From Auanema rhodensis (lineage: Eukaryota; Animalia; Nematoda): a DNA stretch of 64,000 nt. The notes beneath the pieces were generated by a model. It was not told where the DNA came from. It did no database searches and was given only the letters and a program-made list of their open reading frames with translations. Location: contig OZ059899.1 in NCBI GenBank assembly GCA_964057225.1, positions 17,980,001 to 18,044,000 on the forward strand, given 5' to 3'. The translations under genes and the position numbers were made by a program. Position 1 is the stretch's first letter, and the number at the start of each line of letters is the position of its first letter. This document shows positions 53,526 through 64,000 of this stretch, in pieces.

Positions 53526-56500
53526 GAGATATCAACTGATATAAGTTCACACTTATATCCTCGATTTTCACCCTGCAGAATTAATTTTTTCGTTGAATAA
53601 CTTTGTCCATCGTCTTTGCCTTGAAAAAAGGAATCTAAAAACATCTACTTTTTGCGAAATTATTTTGAAATTTTTCGGAAAATTTTTTGTAAAAATGTTT
53701 TTGGAAGCAATGTTGAGTGTACATGGAAACTCAACATACACTAATGCATCTTTTTTCAAACGATCATAACTAATTTTTGTATTGAGGGTTTCTCAATGTC
53801 GTATAGTGCATTCGATGCGGATTTTTAAGCTGCGTCGATCTGTGTTATCAGATTTGCGCTATCTTTAAAATGCACCGAGATATCAACTGATATAAGTTCA
53901 CACTTATATCCTCGATTTTCACCCTGAAAAATTGATTTTTTCGTTGAATAACATTGTCCATCGTCTTTGCCTTGAAAAAAGGAATCTAAAAACATCTAAT
54001 TTTTGTGAAATTATTTCGAAATTTTTAGGTAAAATTTTTGTCAAAATGTTTTTGGAAGCAATGTTGAGTGTACATGGAAACTCAACATACACTAATACAT
54101 CTTTTTTCAAACGATCATAACTAATTTTTGTATTGAGGGTTTCTCAATGTAATATAGTGCATTCCATGCGGATTTTTAAGCTGCGTCGATCTGTGTTATC
54201 AGATTTGCGCTATCTTTAAAATGCACCGAGATATCAACTGATATAAGTTCACACTTATATCCTCGATTTTCACCCTGAAAAATTGATTTTTTCGTTGAAT
54301 AACATTGTCCATCGTCTTTGCCTTGAAAAAAGGAATCTAAAAACATCTAATTTTTGTGAAATTATTTCGAAATTTTTAGGTAAAATTTTTGTCAAAATGT
54401 TTTTGAAAGCAATGTTGAGTGTACATGGAAACTCAACATACACTAATGCATCATTTTTCAAACGATCATAACTAATTTTCGTATTAAGCGTTTCTCAATG
54501 TAGTATAGTGCATTCGATGCGGATTTTTAAGCTGCGTCGATCTGTGTTATCAGATTTGCGCTAGCTTAAAAATGCACCGAGATATCAACTGAAATAAGTT
54601 AACACATATATCCTCGATTTTCACCCTGAAGAATTAATTTTTTTGTTGAATAACATTGTCCATCGTCTTCGCCTTGAAAAAAGGAATCTAAAAACATCTA
54701 CTTTTTGTGAAATTTTTTTGAAATTTTTAGGGAAAATTTTTGTCAAAATGTTTTTGGAAGCAATGTTGAGTGTACATGGAAACTCAACATACACTAATGC
54801 ATCATTTTTCAAACGATCATAACTAATTTTCGTATTAAGCGTTTCTCAATGTAGTATAGTGCATTCGATGCGGATTTTTAAGCTGCGTCGATCTGTGTTA
54901 TCAGATTTGCGCTAGCTTAAAAATGCACCGAGATATCAACTGATATAAGTTCACACTTATATCCTCGATTTTCACCCTGAAGAATTAATTTTTTTGTTGA
55001 ATAACATTGTCCATCGTCTTCACCTTGAAAAAAGGAATCTAAAAACATCTACTTTTTGTGAAATTATTTTGAAATTTTTAGGGAAAATTTTTGTCAAAAT
55101 GTTTTTGGAAGCAATGTTGAGTGTACATGGAAACTCAACATACACTAATGCATCATTTTTCAAACGATCATAACTAATTTTCGTATTAAGCGTTTCTCAA
55201 TGTAGTATAGTGCATTCGATGCGGATTTTTAAGCTGCGTCGATCTGTGTTATCAGATTTGCGCTAGCTTAAAAATGCACCGAGATATCAACTGATATAAG
55301 TTCACACTTATATCCTCGATTTTCACCCTGAAGAATTAATTTTTTTGTTGAATAACATTGTCCATCGTCTTCACCTTGAAAAAAGGAATCTAAAAACATC
55401 TACTTTTTGTAAAATTATTTTGAAATTTTTAGGGAAAATTTTTGTCAAAATGTTTTTGGAAGCAATGTTGAGTGTACATGGAAACTCAACATACACTAAT
55501 GCATCATTTTTCAAACGATCATAACTAATTTTTGTATTAAGCGTTTCTCAATGTAGTATAGTGCATTCGAATCGGATTTTTAAGCTGCGTCGATCTGTGT
55601 TATCAGATTTGCGCTAGCTTAAAAATGCACCGAGATATCAACTGATATAAGTTCACACTTATATCCTCGATTTTCACCCTGAAAAATTGATTTTTTCGTT
55701 GAATAACATTGTCCATCGTCTTTGCCTTGAAAAAAAAAATCTAAAAACATCTACTTTTTGTGAAATTATTTTGAAATTTTTAGGGAAAATTTTTGTCAAA
55801 ATGTTTTTGGAAGCAATGTTGAGTGTACATGGAAACTCAACATACACTAATGCATCATTTTTCAAACGATCATAACTAATTTTTGTATTAAGCGTTTCTC
55901 AATGTAGTATAGTGCATTCGAATCGGATTTTTAAGCTGCGTCGATCTGTGTTATCAGATTTGCGCTAGCTTAAAAATGCACCGAGATATCAACTGAAATA
56001 AGTTAACACATATATCCTCGATTTTCACCCTGAAGATTTAATTTTTTTGTTGAATAACATTGTCCATCGTCTTCGCCTTGAAAAAAGGAATCTAAAAACA
56101 TCTACTTTTTGTGAAATTATTTTGAAATTTTTAGGGAAAATTTTTGTCAAAATGTTTTTGGAAGCAATGTTGAGTGTACATGGAAACTCAACATACACTA
56201 ATACATCATTTTTTAAACGATCATAACTAATTTTTGTATTGAGGGTTTCTCAATGTCGTATAGTGCATTCGATGCGGATTTTTAAGCTGCGTCGATCTGT
56301 GTTATCAGATTTGCGCTAGCTTAAAAATGCACCGAGATATCAACTGAAATAAGTTAACACATATATCCTCGATTTTCACCCTGAAGAATTAATTTTTTTG
56401 TTGAATAACATTGTCCATCGTCTTCGCCTTGAAAAAAGGAATCTAAAAACATCTACTTTTTGTGAAATTATTTTGAAATTTTTAGGGAAAATTTTTGTCA

Positions 56501-58434
56501 AAATGTTTTTGGAAGCAATGTTGAGTGTACATGGAAACTCAACATACACTAATACATCATTTTTTAAACGATCATAACTAATTTTTGTATTAAGCGTTTC
56601 TCAATGTAGTATAGTGCATTCGAATCGGATTTTTAAGCTGCGTCGATCTGTGTTATCAGATTTGCGCTAGCTTAAAAATGCACCGAGATATCAACTGAAA
56701 TAAGTTAACACATATATCCTCGATTTTCACCCTGAAGAATTAATTTTTTTGTTGAATAACATTGTCCATCGTCTTCGCCTTGAAAAAAGGAATCTAAAAA
56801 CATCTACTTTTTGTGAAATTATTTTGAAATTTTTAGGGAAAATTTTTGTCAAAATGTTTTTGGAAGCAATGTTGAGTGTACATGGAAACTCAACATACAC
56901 TAATACATCATTTTTTAAACGATCATAACTAATTTTTGTATTGAGGGTTTCTCAATGTCGTATAGTGCATTCGATGCGGATTTTTAAGCTGCGTCGATCT
57001 GTGTTATCAGAATTGCGCTATCTTTAAAATGCACCGAGATATCAACTGATATAAGTTCACACTTATATCCTCGATTTTCACCCTGAAAAATTGATTTTTT
57101 CGTTGAATAACATTGTCCATCGTCTTTGCCTTGAAAAAAGGAATCTAAAAACATCTAATTTTTGTGAAATTATTTCGAAATTTTTAGGTAAAATTTTTGT
57201 CAAAATGTTTTTGGAAGCAATGTTGAGTGTACATGGAAACTCAACATACACTAATACATCATTTTTTAAACGATCATAACTAATTTTTGTATTGAGGGTT
57301 TCTCAATGTCGTATAGTGCATTCGATGCGGATTTTTAAGCTGCGTCGATCTGTGTTATCAGATTTGCGCTAGCTTAAAAATGCACCGAGATATCAACTGA
57401 AATAAGTTAACACATATATCCTCGATTTTCACCCTGAAGAATTAATTTTTTTGTTGAATAACATTGTCCATCGTCTTCGCCTTGAAAAAAGGAATCTAAA
57501 AACATCTACTTTTTGTGAAATTATTTTGAAATTTTTAGGGAAAATTTTTGTCAAAATGTTTTTGGAAGCAATGTTGAGTGTACATGGAAACTCAACATAC
57601 ACTAATACATCATTTTTTAAACGATCATAACTAATTTTTGTATTAAGCGTTTCTCAATGTAGTATAGTGCATTCGAATCGGATTTTTAAGCTGCGTCGAT
57701 CTGTGTTATCAGATTTGCGCTAGCTTAAAAATGCACCGAGATATCAACTGAAATAAGTTAACACATATATCCTCGATTTTCACCCTGAAGAATTAATTTT
57801 TTTGTTGAATAACATTGTCCATCGTCTTCGCCTTGAAAAAAGGAATCTAAAAACATCTACTTTTTGTGAAATTATTTTGAAATTTTTAGGGAAAATTTTT
57901 GTCAAAATGTTTTTGGAAGCAATGTTGAGTGTACATGGAAACTCAACATACACTAATACATCATTTTTTAAACGATCATAACTAATTTTTGTATTGAGGG
58001 TTTCTCAATGTCGTATAGTGCATTCGATGCGGACTTTTAAGCTGCGTCGATCTGTGTTATCAGATTTGCGCTATCTTTAAAATGCACCGAGATATCAACT
58101 GATATAGGTTCACACTTATATCCTCGATTTTCACCCTGAAAAATTGATTTTTTCGTTGAATAACATTGTCCATCGTCTTTGCCTTGAAAAAAGGAATCTA
58201 AAAACATCTACTTTTTGTGAAATTATTTTGAAATTTTTAGGGAAAATTTTTGTCAAAATGTTTTTGGAAGCAATGTTGAGTGTACATGGAAACTCAACAT
58301 ACACTAATACATCATTTTTTAAACGATCATAACTAATTTTTGTATTGAGGGTTTCTCAATGTCGTATAGTGCATTCGATGCGGATTTTTAAGCTGCGTCG
58401 ATCTGTGTTATCAGATTTGCGCTATCTTTAAAAT

Positions 58435-58725
58435 GCACCGAGATATCAACTGATATAGGTTCACACTTATATCCTCGATTTTCACCCTGAAGAATTAATT
58501 TTTTTGTTGAATAACATTGTCCATCGTCTTCGCCTTGAAAAAAGGAATCTAAAAACATCTACTTTTTGTGAAATTATTTTGAAATTTTTAGGGACTAATG
58601 CATCATTTTTCAAACGATCATGACTAATTTTTGCATTGAGCGTTTCTCAATGTAGTATAGTGCCTTCGATGCGGATTTTTAAGCTGCGTCGATCTATGTT
58701 ATCAGATTTGCGCTGTCTTTAAAAT
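58435..58725. repeat. Shortened (291-bp) 351-satellite unit
   Basis: ...TTTTTAGGG|ACTAATGCATC... at 58593/58594 lacks the 60-nt segment AAAATTTTTG...CTCAACATAC. GCACC starts are at 58435 and 58726. Confidence 0.96.
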
Positions 58726-61700
58726 GCACCGATATATCAACTGATATAAGTTCACACTTATATCCTCGATTTTCACCCTGAAGAATTAATTTTTTTGTTG
58801 AATAACATTGTCCATCGTCTTCGCCTTGAAAAAAGAAATCTAAAAACATCTACTTTTTGTGAAATTATTTTGAAATTTTTCGGGAAAATTTTTGTCAAAA
58901 TGTTTTTGGAAGCAATGTTGAGTGTACATGGAAACTCAACATACACTAATACATCATTTTCTAAACGATCATAACTAATTTTTGTATTGAGGGTTTCTCA
59001 ATGTAATATAGTGCATTCCATGCGGATTTTTAAGCTGCGTCGATCTGTGTTATCAGATTTGCGCTAGCTTAAAAATGCACCGAGATATCAACTGATATAA
59101 GTTCACACTTATAATCTCGATTTTCACCCTGAAGAATTAATTTTTTTGTTGAATAACATTGTCCATCGTCTTCACCTTGAAAAAAGGAATCTAAAAACAT
59201 CTACTTTTTGTAAAATTATTTTGAAATTTTTAGGGAAAATTTTTGTCAAAATGTTTTTGGAAGCAATGTTGAGTGTACATGGAAACTCAACATACACTAA
59301 TGCATCATTTTTCAAACGATCATAACTAATTTTTGTATTGAGCGTTTGTCAATGTAGTATAGTGCATTCGAATCGGATTTTTAAGCTGCGTCGATCTGTG
59401 TTATCAGATTTGCGCTAGCTTAAAAATGCACCGAGATATCAACTGATATAAGTTCACACTTATATCCTCGATTTTCACCCTGAAGAATTAATTTTTTTGT
59501 TGAATAACATTGTCCATCGTCTTCGCCTTGAAAAAAGAAATCTAAAAACATCTACTTTTTGTGAAATTATTTTGAAATTTTTCGGGAAAATTTTTGTCAA
59601 AATGTTTTTGGAAGCAATGTTGAGTGTACATGGAAACTCAACATACACTAATACATCATTTTCTAAACGATCATAACTAATTTTTGTATTGAGGGTTTCT
59701 CAATGTAATATAGTGCATTCCATGCGGATTTTTAAGCTGCGTCGATCTGTGTTATCAGATTTGCGCTAGCTTAAAAATGCACCGAGATATCAACTGATAT
59801 AAGTTCACACTTATAATCTCGATTTTCACCCTGAAGAATTAATTTTTTTGTTGAATAACATTGTCCATCGTCTTCACCTTGAAAAAAGGAATCTAAAAAC
59901 ATCTACTTTTTGTAAAATTATTTTGAAATTTTTAGGGAAAATTTTTGTCAAAATGTTTTTGGAAGCAATGTTGAGTGTACATGGAAACTCAACATACACT
60001 AATGCATCATTTTTCAAACGATCATAACTAATTTTTGTATTAAGCGTTTCTCAATGTCGTATAGTGCATTCGATGCGGATTTTTAAGCTGCGTCGATCTG
60101 TGTTATCAGATTTGCGCTATCTTTAAAATGCACCGAGATATCAACTGATATAGGTTCACACTTATATCCTCGATTTTCACCCTGAAGAATTAATTTTTTT
60201 GTTGAATAACATTGTCCATCGTCTTCGCCTTGAAAAAAGGAATCTAAAAACATCTACTTTTTGTGAAATTATTTTGAAATTTTTAGGGAAAATTTTTGTC
60301 AAAATGTTTTTGGAAGCAATGTTGAGTGTACATGGAAACTCAACATACACTAATACATCATTTTTTAAACGATCATAACTAATTTTTGTATTGAGGGTTT
60401 CTCAATGTAGTATAGTGCATTCGATGCGGATTTTTAAACTGCGTCGATCTGTGTTATCAGATTTGCGCTAGCTTAAAAATGCACCGAGATATCAACTGAT
60501 ATAAGTTCACACTTATATCCTCGATTTTCACCCTGCAGAATTAATTTTTTCGTTGAATAACATTGTCCATCGTCTTTGCCTTAAAAAAAGGAATCTAAAA
60601 ACATTTACTTTTTGCGAAATTATTTCAAAATTTTTAGGTAAAATTTTTGTCAAAATGTTTTTGAAAGCAATGTTGAGTGTACATGGAAACTCAACATACA
60701 CTAATGCATCATTTTTCAAACGATCATGACTAATTTTTGCATTGAGCGTTTCTCAATGTAGTATAGTGCCTTCGATGCGGATTTTTAAGCTGCGTCGATC
60801 TATGTTATCAGATTTGCGCTGTCTTTAAAATGCACCGATATATCAACTGATATAAGTTCACACTTATATCCTCGATTTTCACCCTGAAGAATTAATTTTT
60901 TTGTTGAATAACATTGTCCATCGTCTTCGCCTTGAAAAAAGAAATCTAAAAACATCTACTTTTTGTGAAATTATTTTGAAATTTTTCGGGAAAATTTTTG
61001 TCAAAATGTTTTTGGAAGCAATGTTGAGTGTACATGGAAACTCAACATACACTAATACATCATTTTCTAAACGATCATAACTAATTTTTGTATTGAGGGT
61101 TTCTCAATGTAATATAGTGCATTCCATGCGGATTTTTAAGCTGCGTCGATCTGTGTTATCAGATTTGCGCTAGCTTAAAAATGCACCGAGATATCAACTG
61201 ATATAAGTTCACACTTATAATCTCGATTTTCACCCTGAAGAATTAATTTTTTTGTTGAATAACATTGTCCATCGTCTTCACCTTGAAAAAAGGAATCTAA
61301 AAACATCTACTTTTTGTAAAATTATTTTGAAATTTTTAGGGAAAATTTTTGTCAAAATGTTTTTGGAAGCAATGTTGAGTGTACATGGAAACTCAACATA
61401 CACTAATGCATCATTTTTCAAACGATCATAACTAATTTTTGTATTGAGCGTTTGTCAATGTAGTATAGTGCATTCAAATCGGATTTTTAAGCTGCGTCGA
61501 TCTGTGTTATCAGATTTGCGCTAGCTTAAAAATGCACCGAGATATCAACTGATATAAGTTCACACTTATATCCTCGATTTTCACCCTGAAAAATTGATTT
61601 TTTCGTTGAATAACATTGTCCATCGTCTTTGCCTTGAAAAAAGGAATCTAAAAACATCTACTTTTTGTAAAATTATTTTGAAATTTTCAGAGAAAATTTT

Positions 61701-64000
61701 TGTCAAAATGTTTTTGGAAGCAATGTTGAGTGTACATGGAAACTCAACATACACTAATGCATCATTTTTCAAACGATCATAACTAATTTTTGTATTAAGC
61801 GTTTCTCAATGTAGTATAGTGCATTCGATGCGGATTTTTAAGCTGCGTCGATCTGTGTTATCAGATTTGCGCTAGCTTAAAAATGCACCGAGATATCAAC
61901 TGATATAAGTTTACACTTATATCCTCGATTTTCACCCTGGAGAATTAATTTTTTCGTTGAATAACAATGTCCATCGTCTTCGCCTTCAAAAAAAATCTAA
62001 AAACATCTACTTTTTGTGAAATTATTTTGAAATTTTTAGGGAAAATTTTTGTCAAAATGTTTTTGGAAGCAATGTTGAGTGTACATGGAAACTCAACATA
62101 CACTAATGCATCATTTTTCAAACGATCATAACTAATTTTTGTATTAAGCGTTTCTCAATGTAGTATAGTGCATTCGAATCGGATTTTTAAGCTGCGTCGA
62201 TCTGTGTTATCAGATTTGCGCTAGCTTAAAAATGCACCGAGACATCAACTGATATAAGTTCACACTTATAATCTCGATTTTCACCCTGAAGAATTAATTT
62301 TTTTGTTGAATAACATTGTCCATCGTCTTCACCTTGAAAAAAGGAATCTAAAAACATCTACTTTTTGTAAAATTATTTTGAAATTTTTAGGGAAAATTTT
62401 TGTCAAAATGTTTTTGGAAGCAATGTTGAGTGTACATGGAAACTCAACATACACTAATGCATCATTTTTCAAACGATCATAACTAATTTTTGTATTAAGC
62501 GTTTCTCAATGTAGTATAGTGCATTCGATGCGGATTTTTAAGCTGCGTCGATCTGTGTTATCAGATTTGCGCTAGCTTAAAAATGCACCGAGATATCAAC
62601 TGATATAAGTTCACACTTATATCCTCGATTTTCACCCTGAAGAATTAATTTTTTTGTTGAATAACATTGTCCATCGTCTTCACCTTGAAAAAAGGAATCT
62701 AAAAACATCTACTTTTTGTAAAATTATTTTGAAATTTTTAGGGAAAATTTTTGTCAAAATGTTTTTGGAAGCAATGTTGAGTGTACATGGAAACTCAACA
62801 TACACTAATGCATCATTTTTCAAACGATCATAACTAATTTTTGTATTAAGCGTTTCTCAATGTCGTATAGTGCATTCGATGCGGATTTTTAAGCTGCGTC
62901 GATCTGTGTTATCAGATTTGCGCTATCTTTAAAATGCACCGAGATATCAACTGATATAGGTTCACACTTATATCCTCGATTTTCACCCTGAAGAATTAAT
63001 TTTTTTGTTGAATAACATTGTCCATCGTCTTCGCCTTGAAAAAAGGAATCTAAAAACATCTACTTTTTGTGAAATTATTTTGAAATTTTTAGGGAAAATT
63101 TTTGTCAAAATGTTTTTGGAAGCAATGTTGAGTGTACATGGAAACTCAACATACACTAATACATCATTTTTTAAACGATCATAACTAATTTTTGTATTGA
63201 GGGTTTCTCAATGTAGTATAGTGCATTCGATGCGGATTTTTAAACTGCGTCGATCTGTGTTATCAGATTTGCGCTAGCTTAAAAATGCACCGAGATATCA
63301 ACTGATATAAGTTCACACTTATATCCTCGATTTTCACCCTGCAGAATTAATTTTTTCGTTGAATAACATTGTCCATCGTCTTTGCCTTAAAAAAAGGAAT
63401 CTAAAAACATTTACTTTTTGCGAAATTATTTCAAAATTTTTAGGTAAAATTTTTGTCAAAATGTTTTTGAAAGCAATGTTGAGTGTACATGGAAACTCAA
63501 CATACACTAATGCATCATTTTTCAAACGATCATGACTAATTTTTGCATTGAGCGTTTCTCAATGTAGTATAGTGCCTTCGATGCGGATTTTTAAGCTGCG
63601 TCGATCTATGTTATCAGATTTGCGCTGTCTTTAAAATGCACCGATATATCAACTGATATAAGTTCACACTTATATCCTCGATTTTCACCCTGAAGAATTA
63701 ATTTTTTTGTTGAATAACATTGTCCATCGTCTTCGCCTTGAAAAAAGAAATCTAAAAACATCTACTTTTTGTGAAATTATTTTGAAATTTTTCGGGAAAA
63801 TTTTTGTCAAAATGTTTTTGGAAGCAATGTTGAGTGTACATGGAAACTCAACATACACTAATACATCATTTTCTAAACGATCATAACTAATTTTTGTATT
63901 GAGGGTTTCTCAATGTAATATAGTGCATTCCATGCGGATTTTTAAGCTGCGTCGATCTGTGTTATCAGATTTGCGCTAGCTTAAAAATGCACCGAGATAT
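58619..64000. repeat. 6-mer / 8-mer higher-order structure in the 351 satellite
   Basis: The haplotype CATGACT...TTGCATT...GCCTTCG...TCTATG...GCTGTC...CCGATAT occurs at 58619, 60725 and 63531 (offsets 2106 = 6x351 and 2806 = 8x351-2). The ORF translations at 60528 and 63334 are identical. Confidence 0.9.
61885..62233. repeat. Divergent 349-bp unit of the 351 satellite
   Basis: CCTTCAAAAAAAATCTAA replaces CCTTGAAAAAAGGAATCTAA (2 nt shorter). It carries several private substitutions (GTTTACAC, CCCTGGAG, ACAATGT). Confidence 0.9.

Larger units (their letters stand above)
53407..64000. repeat. 351-bp satellite array (30 units plus a truncated first unit, open at the right window edge)
   Basis: GCACCGAGATATC recurs at 53521, 53872, 54223 ... 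63989. 63989-53521 = 10468 = 28x351 + 291 + 349. I see no colinear similarity to the 176-mer. Confidence 0.99.

Noticed and set aside
53521-53871. Common origin of the 351-mer and 176-mer, suggested by shared words (GATGCGG, TCTAAAAACA, AAGTTCAC, GTGTACAT, GGAATCTAA)
   Set aside because: The words are short, lie on mixed strands and are not colinear, which is expected between AT-rich sequences. A profile alignment would be needed.
53939-53955. CENP-B-box-like TTTCGTTGAATAACATT
   Set aside because: It matches only the 5' half (TTCG....A), lacks the essential CGGG, and many units read TTTTGTTG.
53568-63525. Recurrent 62-63 aa ORFs on both strands
   Set aside because: They are translations of the 351-bp monomer. 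They overlap antisense to each other, are low-complexity (K/F/I/N from A/T tracts), appear or vanish with single variants, and contain no recognisable domain.
1-64000. CRISPR-like array or prokaryotic repeat system
   Set aside because: There are no unique spacers (the whole unit repeats), no cas genes and no coding DNA.
53407-64000. Transposon (MITE/Helitron) identity of the hairpin-rich monomers
   Set aside because: There are no terminal inverted repeats, target-site duplications or coding remnants. Derivation from a transposon is possible but unsupported without a database search.

Overview
The window is entirely non-coding eukaryotic satellite DNA, with a layout typical of a centromeric or pericentromeric region. 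I cannot identify the species from the sequence. There are three blocks. (1) 1-7740: about 44 copies of an AT-rich (about 34% GC) 176-bp monomer. (2) 7741-53401: about 259 copies of the same monomer in the opposite orientation, joined to block 1 at one sharp inversion junction. (3) About 53407-64000: a different 351-bp satellite, with 30 units (28 of 351 bp, one of 291 bp, one of 349 bp) plus a truncated 119-bp first unit. All supplied ORFs are chance read-throughs of the repeats. I found no genes, RNA genes, CRISPR arrays or transposase sequence. The notable features are structural: a single monomer at 25805-25856 whose native quasi-palindrome has become a perfect 24-bp hairpin (template-switch signature); two perfect 9-bp-stem dyads in the 351-mer spaced 175/176 bp apart, matching the period of the neighbouring 176-mer; no net indel across about 300 monomers of the 176-mer; two CpGs in ACGTGAA motifs that stay conserved while the other five CpGs vary; nested, variable higher-order repeats; and microhomology-marked junctions. 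Centromere function is an inference and is not shown by the sequence.
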